Below, in pieces: positions 9,086 through 18,216 of a DNA stretch of 39,568 bases. The notes beneath the pieces were generated by a model. It saw nothing but the letters and a program-made list of their open reading frames with translations, did not search any database and was not told the DNA's origin. The position numbers and the translations under genes are program-made. How positions within the stretch are numbered: position 1 is the stretch's first letter; the number at the start of each line of letters is the position of its first letter. Source of the stretch: Candidatus Aenigmatarchaeota archaeon (GTDB lineage Archaea > Aenigmatarchaeota > Aenigmatarchaeia > CG10238-14 > SCSR01); assembly GCA_016177025.1 (NCBI GenBank), contig JACOWB010000008.1:80076-119643 (forward strand). The letters run 5' to 3'.

Positions 9086-9571
9086 ATGAAAAAGGCAGTT
9101 GCTGTACCTTATGTTATAGCTCTTGTTCTTGGTGTTGCTGTAATAGGGCTTGTTGGTTATTGGTTTGTCACCACAGGTGGGAAGTTTGGGGGGCAAAGTG
9201 CGAAAACTGTATGTGACAATAGGTTTTTACAATGGTGTATATCGAAGGGTGGAGGAACCTATCTTGTATTTGTTGGTGATGGTAATTTAGAGTGTACTGG
9301 GCTTGGTTCTTATAGCGACTGTAAAGATATAACAGGAGTTAGTGGCGCAGGAGGTCCTGCCCCCGGTGGTGAGAAGGCTGGATTCCTTCAAGACTGTTCA
9401 AGTAAATCCTGTGATATAGGACTCGTTTGTTGTAAATCGGGCTCGTGTAAAGAAAAATCTGGCAACCCTATAAATGACAATAGATGTAGAAAAGTTAGCG
9501 GTGGAAGCTGTGGACTCGACACCGATTGTTTTAATGGGAATTGCAAAGATCCGTCACTAAAGTGCGCATAA
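9086..9571 (+). CDS. Pilin-like/membrane-anchored Cys-rich surface protein
   Basis: MKKA|VAVPYVIALVLGVAVIGLV N-terminus, CD.RF..WC motif, Gly/Pro linker, Cys-dense C-terminus. Confidence 0.7.
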   Translation: MKKAVAVPYVIALVLGVAVIGLVGYWFVTTGGKFGGQSAKTVCDNRFLQWCISKGGGTYLVFVGDGNLECTGLGSYSDCKDITGVSGAGGPAPGGEKAGFLQDCSSKSCDIGLVCCKSGSCKEKSGNPINDNRCRKVSGGSCGLDTDCFNGNCKDPSLKCA

Positions 9572-9574
9572 ATT

Positions 9575-10813
9575 TCATTTTATTATTCCATACCCGACCA
9601 ATCGCCATCTTCCCTGCACTTGTCGGGAAATAACAACCCTGCTGTTTACATCAGCACAAACGGGTATCTTCAAGTTCAACTGAATTGTGCCCTTTTTAAT
9701 AGACGTTACATTTCCGACAGACCTGCTTGTGCCTATGTTTATCAAAAGCGTCTCATTCATCTTTATCGGCTCCACTGTCGCCAGTTCTTTTGCGCCGACC
9801 ACCCTTTCTAACAGATGCAATTCCAAATTCAGCGAACTCATTACCTGAGGCAGTTTTCCTGGTAAGCCGACAACATTCCCGACCATTCCATCTGCTTTGG
9901 TCAAGGAAGGATCCAGACCTGTCATCATCCCTAACAGCCCACCAGCACCAGCATCTTCCAAATTCATTTTTCTTTTTTCCAGACCTGTTACAACTGTTCT
10001 TAGAGGTTCGTAAGTGCTTTTCTTCAAAGCACCAGGCTTTATTTCTATTTCATCACCAAGTTTGAATTTTCCTTGAACGACCGAACCACCAATCACCCCT
10101 CCCACAATTTCCTTTGGCATCGCTCCTGGTCTGTTGATATCAAAGCTTCGTGCGACGTACATCAGAGGGTCCGTGTTCAAATCTCTTCCAGGCGTTTGTA
10201 TCAAATCTTGGATAGCTTCCAGGAGAACATCTATGTTGATATTGTATTGGGCCGAGACAGGGATAATCGGTGCGTTTTCGATGATGCTGCCTGCAATGAA
10301 TCCCTTTATCTGGTTGTAATTTTCCATGGCCTGTTCTTTTGTTGCAAGATCAATCTTGCTTTGGACTATAATTACATTCTTTATTCCGACTACTTCCAAT
10401 GCTGTCAGATGTTCCCGTGTTTGCGGCTGGGGACATTTTTCATTCGCAGCTATCAGAAGTATAGCGCCGTCCATAAGGCTTGCACCAGTAAGAACAGTAG
10501 CCATCAAAGTTTCATGACCAGGCGCGTCTATGAAGCTCACAGTTCTTATAGGTTCTGTATCAGAAAAACAGTAAATGCATTTTTCGTTTGGGGAGTATTT
10601 CCCGCATTTGGAACATTTGTAGATTACTGCGTCTGCATAACCTAACCTGATGGTTATTCCTCGCTTCAGTTCTTCAGAATGAGTTAAAGTTAGTTTTCCT
10701 GTCAACGCCTTTGTTAAGGTTGTTTTTCCATGAGAAACATGGCCGACCATTCCGATATTGACTTCCGGTATCAATCTCGCATCAACTTCATTTTTCTTCT
10801 GTACTTCATTCAC
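9575..10813 (-). CDS. eif2g: Translation initiation factor 2 gamma subunit
   Basis: PEVNIGMVGHVSHGKTT, RGITIRLGYA, DAPGHETLMA, RWRLVGYG. Confidence 0.97.
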   Translation of the reverse strand: MNEVQKKNEVDARLIPEVNIGMVGHVSHGKTTLTKALTGKLTLTHSEELKRGITIRLGYADAVIYKCSKCGKYSPNEKCIYCFSDTEPIRTVSFIDAPGHETLMATVLTGASLMDGAILLIAANEKCPQPQTREHLTALEVVGIKNVIIVQSKIDLATKEQAMENYNQIKGFIAGSIIENAPIIPVSAQYNINIDVLLEAIQDLIQTPGRDLNTDPLMYVARSFDINRPGAMPKEIVGGVIGGSVVQGKFKLGDEIEIKPGALKKSTYEPLRTVVTGLEKRKMNLEDAGAGGLLGMMTGLDPSLTKADGMVGNVVGLPGKLPQVMSSLNLELHLLERVVGAKELATVEPIKMNETLLINIGTSRSVGNVTSIKKGTIQLNLKIPVCADVNSRVVISRQVQGRWRLVGYGIIK

Positions 10814-11342
10814 CCCCTGCTTCGGTTTTTGGTTTCTCTTCTTTTGCTTCAGTGGGATGTTCCTCTATTTTCTCAGTCTCGGCTTTCGGCAGCCCACCAG
10901 CTTTAGGTTTTTCATTCTTTATTTCAGGCTTTTCATCTTTGGTTTCTGCCTTGATATCTTCCTTTTTGCCGAACACGTCTTCCAGCGACTTTTCGCCTTT
11001 TTTAATTACCTTAACATTTATCTGCGCAATATCCTGCGACAGCGTGTTTCCTCTCACCGTCTTCCTCCTTCTTTCACCCTTGAATTTCGGATGGAATCCT
11101 GGCGGTTCTGTCAGTAACGCTCTTTTCCTGCCTTGCCCTTGCACAGAAGGGTGCATCGGGAATCCGTCCTTGTCGCTTCCGCCCGTGATTTTTACGGTAT
11201 ATCCAAGTAATCCGAACAAATCGCCTGCAATTTCGTCGCCTAATTTCTTGCCAATTAGTGAAACACCTTTATCTTGATCTACCTGTGTCTGGTAGGATTT
11301 TCTGGTTTCTCCATCGCTGATGACGATTGTAAAGTTTGCCAT
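10806..11342 (-). CDS. rps6e: 30S ribosomal protein S6e with charged C-terminal extension
   Basis: KITGGSDKDGFPM, GERRRKTVRGN, QINVK. Confidence 0.96.
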   Translation of the reverse strand: MANFTIVISDGETRKSYQTQVDQDKGVSLIGKKLGDEIAGDLFGLLGYTVKITGGSDKDGFPMHPSVQGQGRKRALLTEPPGFHPKFKGERRRKTVRGNTLSQDIAQINVKVIKKGEKSLEDVFGKKEDIKAETKDEKPEIKNEKPKAGGLPKAETEKIEEHPTEAKEEKPKTEAGGE

Positions 11343-11412
11343 AAGTATCAATATTAATTAAGGTTTTTAAATCCCGCGCCTGCCATAATATTTTAATGCA
11401 GGTTATATAATT

Positions 11413-11682
11413 ATGGTTATGAAAGTACCAAAGAATCTCATCGTACCTATTGTGGCTGGGATAGTTATAGTCGTGGGTGCCGCTATTTTGCTGAGTGGTT
11501 CCGGTAAAAATTTTGGCGCTATTGGTGCATCCAAAGATAGCTGCGACTATAGGTTCTTTGAGTGGTGCAAGGATTACCCTACAGGAGGGGTGGATTACGA
11601 TAATTTTGCTTCTGCCAATAGAGAATGTGTCGCACAGGGGTCGTACAGGACATGCGACCAAGTAAATGATGCGTTGGGTTAA
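11413..11682 (+). CDS. Small membrane-anchored 4-Cys protein, homolog of the N-terminal half of 9086..9571
   Basis: TM helix then GKNFG...SKDSCDYRFFEWC...EC...GSY..C, aligning with GGKFG..SAKTVCDNRFLQWC...EC..LGSYSDC. Confidence 0.75.
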   Translation: MVMKVPKNLIVPIVAGIVIVVGAAILLSGSGKNFGAIGASKDSCDYRFFEWCKDYPTGGVDYDNFASANRECVAQGSYRTCDQVNDALG

Positions 11683-11712
11683 TGTTTAAATCTTTACGGT
11701 CCTTAAATAAGG

Positions 11713-11790
11713 GTGAGTGGTATGCTCCAATGGAATGCTCTTCAATAGCTTTTTGCAGATTTTATTTACTTCTATCTCCAAATTACTCTT
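11713..11790 (+). promoter_or_regulatory. trpS leader: micro-ORF with Trp codon (11713/11722..11748) plus conserved downstream motif
   Basis: TTTAAAT at 11685; GTG AGT GGT ATG CTC CAA TGG AAT GCT CTT CAA TAG; then TTATTTACTTCTATCTCCAAATT. Confidence 0.6.
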
Positions 11791-11805
11791 TAGCAGGTGA
11801 ATCTC

Positions 11806-12897
11806 ATGACTAGGATTACTGTTGATGCAGTAGAAGGGGAAGTGGACTATGACAAAGAAATGCAGAAGTTTGGTATTGAGAAAATTGACGCCTATTTGAA
11901 GCAGATGAACAACTTGGATGTTCTTTATCGAAGAGGGATTGTATTTGGCCAGAGGGATTTTATAAGAATATTTGAAGCGATGAAAAACAAAAAACCATTT
12001 GCGGTTCTTACAGGATTTAACCCGTCTGGCCCTTTGCATATAGGAAACCTGATGATTTTGAAAGAGGCCTTGTTCCTGCAGAAGAACGGTGCTGACGTCT
12101 ACTTTGTAATTTCGAACGATGAGACTTATGTTTTCAGGAAGGCTGATACTCTGGAGAAAGCTACGAAAAATGCGTATGATTACGTGATACCTGATATAAT
12201 AGCGCTAGGGTTCGACCCTAAGAAGACTAGGATATTTGTTTCAACAGAGCTTGCTAAACTCTATGAACTGGCAGTAAAGGTTTCAGCCAAAACCACGTTC
12301 TCTGCAATAAAAGCTATTTTCGGCTTTACAAACGAGACAAACCCCGGCCAGATATTTTATTCGATAATGCAGTCTGCGCATATTCTTTTTCCACAGTCAA
12401 AGGAATACGGCGGACCGAGACCGACAGTCGTCAACATAGGGATCGACCAAGATCCTTACATGCGATTGGTGAGAGATATTGCTGATAAATTGGATTTCAT
12501 CAAGCCATCTTCTACTTACCACAAGTTCATGCCAGGACTGCTTGGGGGAAAGATGTCGGGCAGCAAACCGGAAACGTGCATCTATCTTACCGACAGCCAA
12601 GAAATTGCGGAGAAAAAAATAATGAGAGCGTTCTCTGGAGGCGCAAAAACTTTGGAAGAACATAAAAAATACGGAGGCAATCCTGATGCAGATGTCGCAT
12701 GTCAGTACCTTTATTTCATGTTTGAGGAGGATGACAGAAAAATAAAACAGATCTTTAGTGATTTTAGAAATGGTAAACTCGCTTCTGGAGACGTTAAGAA
12801 ATATCTTGCCGATAAAGTTAAGAAATTCCTGGGTGAACATCAGAAAAGAAGAGAGAAAGCGAAGAATCAAATCGAAAAGTTCATGTTAAGGAATTGA
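11806..12897 (+). CDS. trpS: Tryptophan--tRNA ligase
   Basis: TGFNPSGPLHIGN, GIDQDPYMRLVRD, KMSGS; AGGTGA SD before ATG 11806. Confidence 0.96.
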   Translation: MTRITVDAVEGEVDYDKEMQKFGIEKIDAYLKQMNNLDVLYRRGIVFGQRDFIRIFEAMKNKKPFAVLTGFNPSGPLHIGNLMILKEALFLQKNGADVYFVISNDETYVFRKADTLEKATKNAYDYVIPDIIALGFDPKKTRIFVSTELAKLYELAVKVSAKTTFSAIKAIFGFTNETNPGQIFYSIMQSAHILFPQSKEYGGPRPTVVNIGIDQDPYMRLVRDIADKLDFIKPSSTYHKFMPGLLGGKMSGSKPETCIYLTDSQEIAEKKIMRAFSGGAKTLEEHKKYGGNPDADVACQYLYFMFEEDDRKIKQIFSDFRNGKLASGDVKKYLADKVKKFLGEHQKRREKAKNQIEKFMLRN

Positions 12898-12901
12898 TTA
12901 C

Positions 12902-14161
12902 ATGGTTAAAAATTATGAGCTTACTCCTGAAGGTAGGGATTATTTGAAGAACGGTCTTCCTGAAAAACAGCTAGTTGATATTTTGAACAAACAACCAATG
13001 AAATCTCTGCCATTTGACGAAGCTAAGAAAAGCATAAGTAATTTCTACATCGGACTGCAATGGGCATTGAAAAACAAGTGGGCAAAATCGTTTGGGAAAG
13101 ATTTGGTGTTGGCGAAATATCCAGAAAAAATTCCTGAGCAGAAAGCGCTGGAAGAGGTTGATAAAGGTGGCGATGTTGAACAGAAATTAATCGACGTTCT
13201 TCTGCAAAGAAAACTGATTAAAAAGATTGTCACAAGTGAGGCTGACAAACTAGTCGGCAAAGAAGTGACTACTCTGACACCCCAGTTGTTGAAAAGTGGT
13301 TTATGGAAACAGGTCAAATTCCAAAAGTATGATGTGAGCGTTCCTGTATCGAAAGTTTATCCTGGTAAACTGCATCCTTATCGGCAAGTGATAGAAGAAG
13401 TGAAAGAAAAGTTAATCGGACTGGGATTTGTCGAAGCAAAGGGCCCGTTGGTCGAATCTTATTTCTGGAACGATGACGCTTTGTTTATGCCAAGCGACCA
13501 CCCTGCAAGAGGCATACACGATGTTTTCATGGTTAAAGGCGGTCGGCAAGCGAAAGTTTTAGATGAAAATCTCTGGAAGCGGGTCGGAGAAACTCATACA
13601 AATGGTTGGAAAACTGGAAGCAGTGGATGGGGTAATTGGAACTTTGATTTGGCGAGAAAACTAGTTCTTCGCAGCCAGACTACAGCGGTTTCTGCCAGGA
13701 CATTGGTGAAGCTGAAGAAGGAGGATATACCGCACAAGATGTTTGTCATAGACAAGAACTTCAGGCCGGATGTGATTGATGCGAAGCATTTCATTGAATT
13801 CGACCAGTGTGAAGGGATTGTTGCCGGTGAGGGACTTAATTTTAGGCATCTGTTGGGATATCTGAAAGAAATTGCGAACACATTTGGTGCAGAAAAGGTT
13901 AGATTCAAACCATCATACTTCCCATTCACAGAACCATCGGTAGAAGGAGTTGCACTAATCAAAGATATGGGATGGGTTGAATTCGGTGGCGCTGGAATCT
14001 TCAGACCGGAAGTTACTCATCCTCTAGGTGTGGATGTTCCTGTACTCGCATGGGGTCTTGGAATCGGAAGATTAGCAATGATAAAGCTTGGTATCAGTGA
14101 TATACGTTACCTTTACTCCGATAACTTGGATTGGCTGAGAAATAAAGAGGTTGTGAGATAA
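12902..14161 (+). CDS. pheS: Phenylalanine--tRNA ligase alpha subunit
   Basis: FWNDDALFMPSDHPAR, LRSQTTAVS, YFPFTEPS, FGGAGIFRPEV, WGLGIGRLAM. Confidence 0.97.
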   Translation: MVKNYELTPEGRDYLKNGLPEKQLVDILNKQPMKSLPFDEAKKSISNFYIGLQWALKNKWAKSFGKDLVLAKYPEKIPEQKALEEVDKGGDVEQKLIDVLLQRKLIKKIVTSEADKLVGKEVTTLTPQLLKSGLWKQVKFQKYDVSVPVSKVYPGKLHPYRQVIEEVKEKLIGLGFVEAKGPLVESYFWNDDALFMPSDHPARGIHDVFMVKGGRQAKVLDENLWKRVGETHTNGWKTGSSGWGNWNFDLARKLVLRSQTTAVSARTLVKLKKEDIPHKMFVIDKNFRPDVIDAKHFIEFDQCEGIVAGEGLNFRHLLGYLKEIANTFGAEKVRFKPSYFPFTEPSVEGVALIKDMGWVEFGGAGIFRPEVTHPLGVDVPVLAWGLGIGRLAMIKLGISDIRYLYSDNLDWLRNKEVVR

Positions 14162-15795
14162 TGCCCACAATTACTTATGGCAAGAAAGATTTGTTGAATT
14201 TGATTGGAAAGAAACTTTCCGATGAGCAATTGGAAGAAGTAATACATTCGATGAAAACCAATGTCGAAGAGGAAAACGAAAATGAGATAACAATCGAACT
14301 GACGCCCGACAGACCGGACTTGTTCGGAATCGAAGGTTTGGCACGAGCGATAAAACAATATTTAGGATTGCAGACGGGCTTGAAAAAATTTGCAGTCAAC
14401 AGTCCAAAGTTGCATGTTAAAGCTTCGTATCTTCCTTACAGACCTCATCTTGCTGCTGCAGTTGTTAGAAATGTATCGGTGACGGATGCATTTATCAAAA
14501 GTTTGATGAACATACAGGATATTCTGACGGATACTGTCGGAAGGAAGAGGAAGAAGGTTGCGATCGGCATTCATGATTTCGACAAAATCATACCTAACAT
14601 CAATTACATCGAAGTGGATCCGACTGAAAAGATTGTACCGCTTGATACCAATGAGGAGATGACTCTTGCTGAAATTTTGGATAAGATACCTAAAGGAAAA
14701 GACTATGGCCACATTTTGGCTGGACTGAAAAAGTTTCCTGTATGGACTGATGCCAAAGGTATTTTCAGTTTTCCCCCGATAATCAATTCCGACAGAACGA
14801 GGGTAACGGAAAAAACGAAGAATCTTTTAGTTGAACTCACTGGAATCGACAAGGAGACCGTCCTGCAGACTCTGAACATAATAGTGACGAATTTCGCTGA
14901 ACGTGGATGTTCCATCGAAGCTGTGAAGATATTTCATGGCGATAAATCTGAGGTTACTCCCAACCTTAATCCGACTTTCATGGATGTTGGCACTGACGAG
15001 ATAAACAAATTAATTGGACTGGACTTGAAAAAAAGTGATATAATTGATTCGCTGAACAGAATGGGTTACGATGTTACAGAAAACAAAGGTTTGTTAAGAG
15101 TTTTCATCCCTGCTTACAGAACTGATATTCTGCATGGAGTGGATGTTATAGAAGATGTTGCTATAGGATATGGGTTCAATAATTTTGTTCCACAGCTACC
15201 GCATATAGCCACAGTCGGTAAACTGCATCCTGCTGAAAAACTCTCTGCAAAAGTCAGACAGTTGTTAATTGGATATGGCTTCCAAGAAATTATAAATCCT
15301 GTACTATCAAATTCTACAGATCAGTTTGAAAAAATGAATTGGAAAAAAGAAAATGTAATTGAGATAGAAAATCCTGTGTCACAAGAGTATACCTGCTTAA
15401 GAATATGTCTGAAACCTGGTCTACTGAAGATCCTGGGAAAAAATACCCATGTAAGCTATCCGCAGAATATTTTCGAAGTTGGTGATGTCGTCTGGCCGGA
15501 TGAAAATGAGGAAACTATGTCAAAATCCATTAGGAGCATTGCCGGGTTGATGTGCCATTCAAAGACAAGCTTTACCGATGTGAAATCTTTAGTTGATTCG
15601 TTGCTAAAAAATTTGAATATCGGATATAAATTAGAATCTCATGATTTAGAAGAGATGATATCTGGCAGGTCTGCAAAGATTTTAGCGAATGGTAAATACA
15701 TCGGTAATTTTGGGGAAATAAACCCAACTGTCTTGAATAATTGGGGGATAGAAATACCGTGCTCAGCTTTTGAAATCGATTTGGAGGTATTGTGA
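14161..15795 (+). CDS. pheT: Phenylalanine--tRNA ligase beta subunit
   Basis: [42 protein letters not shown]. Confidence 0.97.
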   Translation: MPTITYGKKDLLNLIGKKLSDEQLEEVIHSMKTNVEEENENEITIELTPDRPDLFGIEGLARAIKQYLGLQTGLKKFAVNSPKLHVKASYLPYRPHLAAAVVRNVSVTDAFIKSLMNIQDILTDTVGRKRKKVAIGIHDFDKIIPNINYIEVDPTEKIVPLDTNEEMTLAEILDKIPKGKDYGHILAGLKKFPVWTDAKGIFSFPPIINSDRTRVTEKTKNLLVELTGIDKETVLQTLNIIVTNFAERGCSIEAVKIFHGDKSEVTPNLNPTFMDVGTDEINKLIGLDLKKSDIIDSLNRMGYDVTENKGLLRVFIPAYRTDILHGVDVIEDVAIGYGFNNFVPQLPHIATVGKLHPAEKLSAKVRQLLIGYGFQEIINPVLSNSTDQFEKMNWKKENVIEIENPVSQEYTCLRICLKPGLLKILGKNTHVSYPQNIFEVGDVVWPDENEETMSKSIRSIAGLMCHSKTSFTDVKSLVDSLLKNLNIGYKLESHDLEEMISGRSAKILANGKYIGNFGEINPTVLNNWGIEIPCSAFEIDLEVL

Positions 15796-15796
15796 G

Positions 15797-16375
15797 ATGG
15801 TTAAAAGAGCGTTCATAATACATGGTTGGGGTGGATCTCCTAAACATGGGTGGGAACCTTGGCTGAAGAATGAATTAGAGAAAAGAGGTCTCGAGGTCTA
15901 TGCACTGTCAATGCCAGATTCCGAACATCCTAAGATGAGTGCTTGGTTGGAAGAATTGAGAAACTCTGTTGTGACCCCTGATAAAGAATGCTATTTTGTT
16001 GGTCATAGTTTAGGATGCATAACAATTTTGCGCTATCTTGAAACTCTTGAAGAGGGTCAAGAAATTGGTGGTGTAGTACTTGTCGCAGGATTTAGCGATA
16101 TCAACATAACTATTGGAGAGGATGAAGATATTAATGAAATCGGAACTTTCTTCGAGACAGACGTCGATTTTGAAAAGGTAAAGAATCATTGTAAGAAATT
16201 TGTTGGCATACACTCTGATGACGATCCTTATGTACCTCTAAGATATGCCGACATCTTTAAAGAGAAATTAGGTGCTGAAATAATCGTGCAAAATAACATG
16301 AAACATTTTAGCGGTGAAGATGGTATAAATCAGTTACCAATTGCATTAGAATCTGTCCTCAAACTATCCAAATAA
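15797..16375 (+). CDS. RBBP9/YdeN-family alpha/beta hydrolase
   Basis: IIHGWGG, GHSLG nucleophile elbow, HSDDDPYVP, catalytic His in KHF. Confidence 0.92.
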   Translation: MVKRAFIIHGWGGSPKHGWEPWLKNELEKRGLEVYALSMPDSEHPKMSAWLEELRNSVVTPDKECYFVGHSLGCITILRYLETLEEGQEIGGVVLVAGFSDINITIGEDEDINEIGTFFETDVDFEKVKNHCKKFVGIHSDDDPYVPLRYADIFKEKLGAEIIVQNNMKHFSGEDGINQLPIALESVLKLSK

Positions 16376-16378
16376 AAT

Positions 16379-17134
16379 TTATCTAAACCGACCAAGTAAT
16401 CTATTCCAAAGGCCTTGGTTGTATCTGAATTCTTTCCCAACCAGATAATGCGCTAATCTCCTCATTTCCACAGATGCAGGTGATGCAGGATTATAATCCA
16501 CGACTGCCGACCTTGCAGCCAGTGACTTTTGAACATTCATATCTTCCGGAATTTTAGCTATCACAGGATACTTGAGGAAATCCTCGATTTCAGCTGCTGA
16601 TAGCTCATCTTTTTTATTCACGCGATTGACAACAGCACCAAGTATAACCTTGTCGAGCTTCTCTGCGACTTTTGCAACCTTCAAGGCGTCCAATACAGAT
16701 GGCAGATTCGGATTTGTCAGCAAGAGTATTTCATCCGCAACTTTGAGCGATAAGGTGGCTTCTTTGCCCAAAGACGGCGCTGAATCTAATAAAATGAAAT
16801 CGGTTTTACCTAGAAGTTTCAAAGTAAAGCTGTGCAATCTATCTGCATCAACGCCAACCAAATCATTTACAGACAAACCCGCCGGCACTACTTTAAAGCC
16901 GTAAGGATGATAATACACAACTTCGTTTGCTTTCGCATCGCCACGCAGAAAATCATGCAGTGATTTTGGAACCATGTGTAATCCCAAGTGCAATCCGAGA
17001 TGAGGTGTGGTTAAATTGGCATCAATCGCAGTCACATCCTTGCCTAATTCGGTCAAAACATGGGACAGGTTTGATACTAGTGTAGTCTTTCCGACACCGC
17101 CTTTGGCGGAAGCTACAGCAATTACGCGCGTCAT
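16379..17134 (-). CDS. minD: MinD/ParA-family ATPase (archaeal MinD)
   Basis: Deviant Walker A SAKGGVGKTT, IDANL, LLDSAP, VVNRV, IPED..V. Confidence 0.9.
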   Translation of the reverse strand: MTRVIAVASAKGGVGKTTLVSNLSHVLTELGKDVTAIDANLTTPHLGLHLGLHMVPKSLHDFLRGDAKANEVVYYHPYGFKVVPAGLSVNDLVGVDADRLHSFTLKLLGKTDFILLDSAPSLGKEATLSLKVADEILLLTNPNLPSVLDALKVAKVAEKLDKVILGAVVNRVNKKDELSAAEIEDFLKYPVIAKIPEDMNVQKSLAARSAVVDYNPASPASVEMRRLAHYLVGKEFRYNQGLWNRLLGRFR

Positions 17135-17170
17135 TTAATCCTAGTTTAATTTCCGTCAGTTTAAAGGTTG

Positions 17171-17303
17171 TGACCCCGGAGGGATTTGAACCCTCGACCT
17201 TTTTAGGTAGCAATGCTATCTCCTAACTCCCAGAGGATAGAAGGTTCAGCCATTCAAGTGAGCTGCTCTTTTTGGTCATCTATCCAAGCTGAGCTACGGG
17301 GCC
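17171..17303 (-). tRNA. tRNA-Arg(UCU) with four predicted introns (17281-17270, 17259-17245, 17237-17225, 17219-17202); CCA not encoded
   Basis: Acceptor GGCCCCG/CGGGGTC-A; T-arm GAGGG-TTCAAAT-CCCTC; removing four BHB-like introns gives a 75-nt cloverleaf with anticodon loop CT-TCT-AA and A20. Confidence 0.85.
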
Positions 17304-17452
17304 TGTAATCTATAATATTTATAAACTTTAAAGTTTTATTGAATTGTAGAAATGACCTTAGTGGTTGTTGATGAGTTCAAGTAAATCGGCCAAAAGTATA
17401 ATGAGAAATGTTTTTTCTAGAACTATTTACCTAGTTTTAAATTCATTTGCAA

Positions 17453-17515
17453 TTCCTCTATTGGCTCTTAAAAATCTAAAGGGGCAATAGGGGAGGATTC
17501 TGCAAAGCGGCAGAG
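17453..17515 (+). other. Two adjacent stem-loops upstream of the orphan ORF pair
   Basis: TCCTCTATTGGCTCTT/AAGGGGCAATAGGGGA stem with G-U pairs; TCTGC-AAAGCG-GCAGA. Confidence 0.5.
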
Positions 17516-17571
17516 GACCCGGGCACAGGAACTCTTTCTAAGGATTTTCATTACAGGAGGAGGTAGTCTAA

Positions 17572-17820
17572 ATGGGTAGCGACTACTCTCATCTCCGGAC
17601 AGTTTCTTATAAAGACGGGCATGGTAGATCTGCTACTGCTGTTCTAGAACTAGGTAAGGATGGATATGCATATTTGAGGGAGAGTGGAAGTCGTCGGCGT
17701 ACAACAGTTCATAAGAGAGAAGTTGTTGACGCTACAGATTCCGAGTTGGTAGACATGCTAAGACTATCATTGGGTCTCCCGTTTCAATTTTATAAAAATG
17801 GTAAATCTCGTAGGAGGTGA
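17572..17820 (+). CDS. Hypothetical basic protein (82 aa)
   Basis: Strong SD GGAGGAGGT 7 nt upstream; no family recognised. Confidence 0.7.
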   Translation: MGSDYSHLRTVSYKDGHGRSATAVLELGKDGYAYLRESGSRRRTTVHKREVVDATDSELVDMLRLSLGLPFQFYKNGKSRRR

Positions 17821-17827
17821 AAATTAA

Positions 17828-18142
17828 ATGGATGTGAACAACTCACGAATAACCAGACCACCGATTTTGCGTAGAAAAGTGATGATAGATGGGAGGAAAA
17901 GACAAGGTGGTATTTACGATGTGAACGGTAATCCTGCCGATCATATAATTCCAGGAAAAATCTACATGGCAAAAATTAATGGCGGGTATGTAAGAGTCCG
18001 CGCACAGCCTAACCAAACAATGCAGATAGCCGGAGGGGAAGAATTGAGAAGTGAAATCGACCCAAGAACAAGTGCGACAGAGGCATATGCTAGATCGGTA
18101 GGATTCAATTTAACTACTGGGGCTTATGAAAACCCTGCATAA
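17828..18142 (+). CDS. Hypothetical protein (104 aa)
   Basis: SD GGAGGTGA upstream; followed by a terminator; no family recognised. Confidence 0.7.
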   Translation: MDVNNSRITRPPILRRKVMIDGRKRQGGIYDVNGNPADHIIPGKIYMAKINGGYVRVRAQPNQTMQIAGGEELRSEIDPRTSATEAYARSVGFNLTTGAYENPA

Positions 18143-18181
18143 AATAGGAGTGAATGCAACTCCTATTGTTTTTCATTTTTT
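18143..18181 (+). terminator. Hairpin plus U-tract terminator
   Basis: AATAGGAGT-GAATGCA-ACTCCTATT followed by GTTTTTCATTTTTT immediately after the stop codon. Confidence 0.7.
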
Positions 18182-18216
18182 GTTAGCTTTTTATTTTGAT
18201 ATTCAAAGTGTTATTA

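Noticed and set aside
11713-11790. Classical T-box riboswitch in the synthetase leaders
   Set aside because: The leaders are under 100 nt and lack Stem I motifs and the UGGNACC antiterminator bulge; the hisS leader has CGGT rather than TGG at the equivalent site.
17171-17303. Reading the locus as tRNA-Ser(UGA), tRNA-Gln(CUG) or a tmRNA-like RNA
   Set aside because: CT-TGA-A and CT-CTG-G fall inside predicted introns and have no matching anticodon stems; only the four-intron Arg(UCU) solution gives a complete cloverleaf.
17352-17490. Tiny ORFs (17352-17384, 17401-17490) and a possible C/D-box sRNA
   Set aside because: No SD or homology support for the ORFs, and no convincing CTGA D box.
17304-18181. 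Integrated mobile element at the tRNA
   Set aside because: No integrase and no duplicated tRNA end (att site) seen; the ORFans lie on the tRNA's 5' side.
18143-18216. leuS leader of the same type as trpS/ileS/hisS (contains AACTCCTATT)
   Set aside because: That sequence is the 3' arm of the upstream terminator hairpin; there is no short terminated Leu-codon ORF, and a TATA-like tract about 28 nt before the ATG suggests a leaderless transcript.
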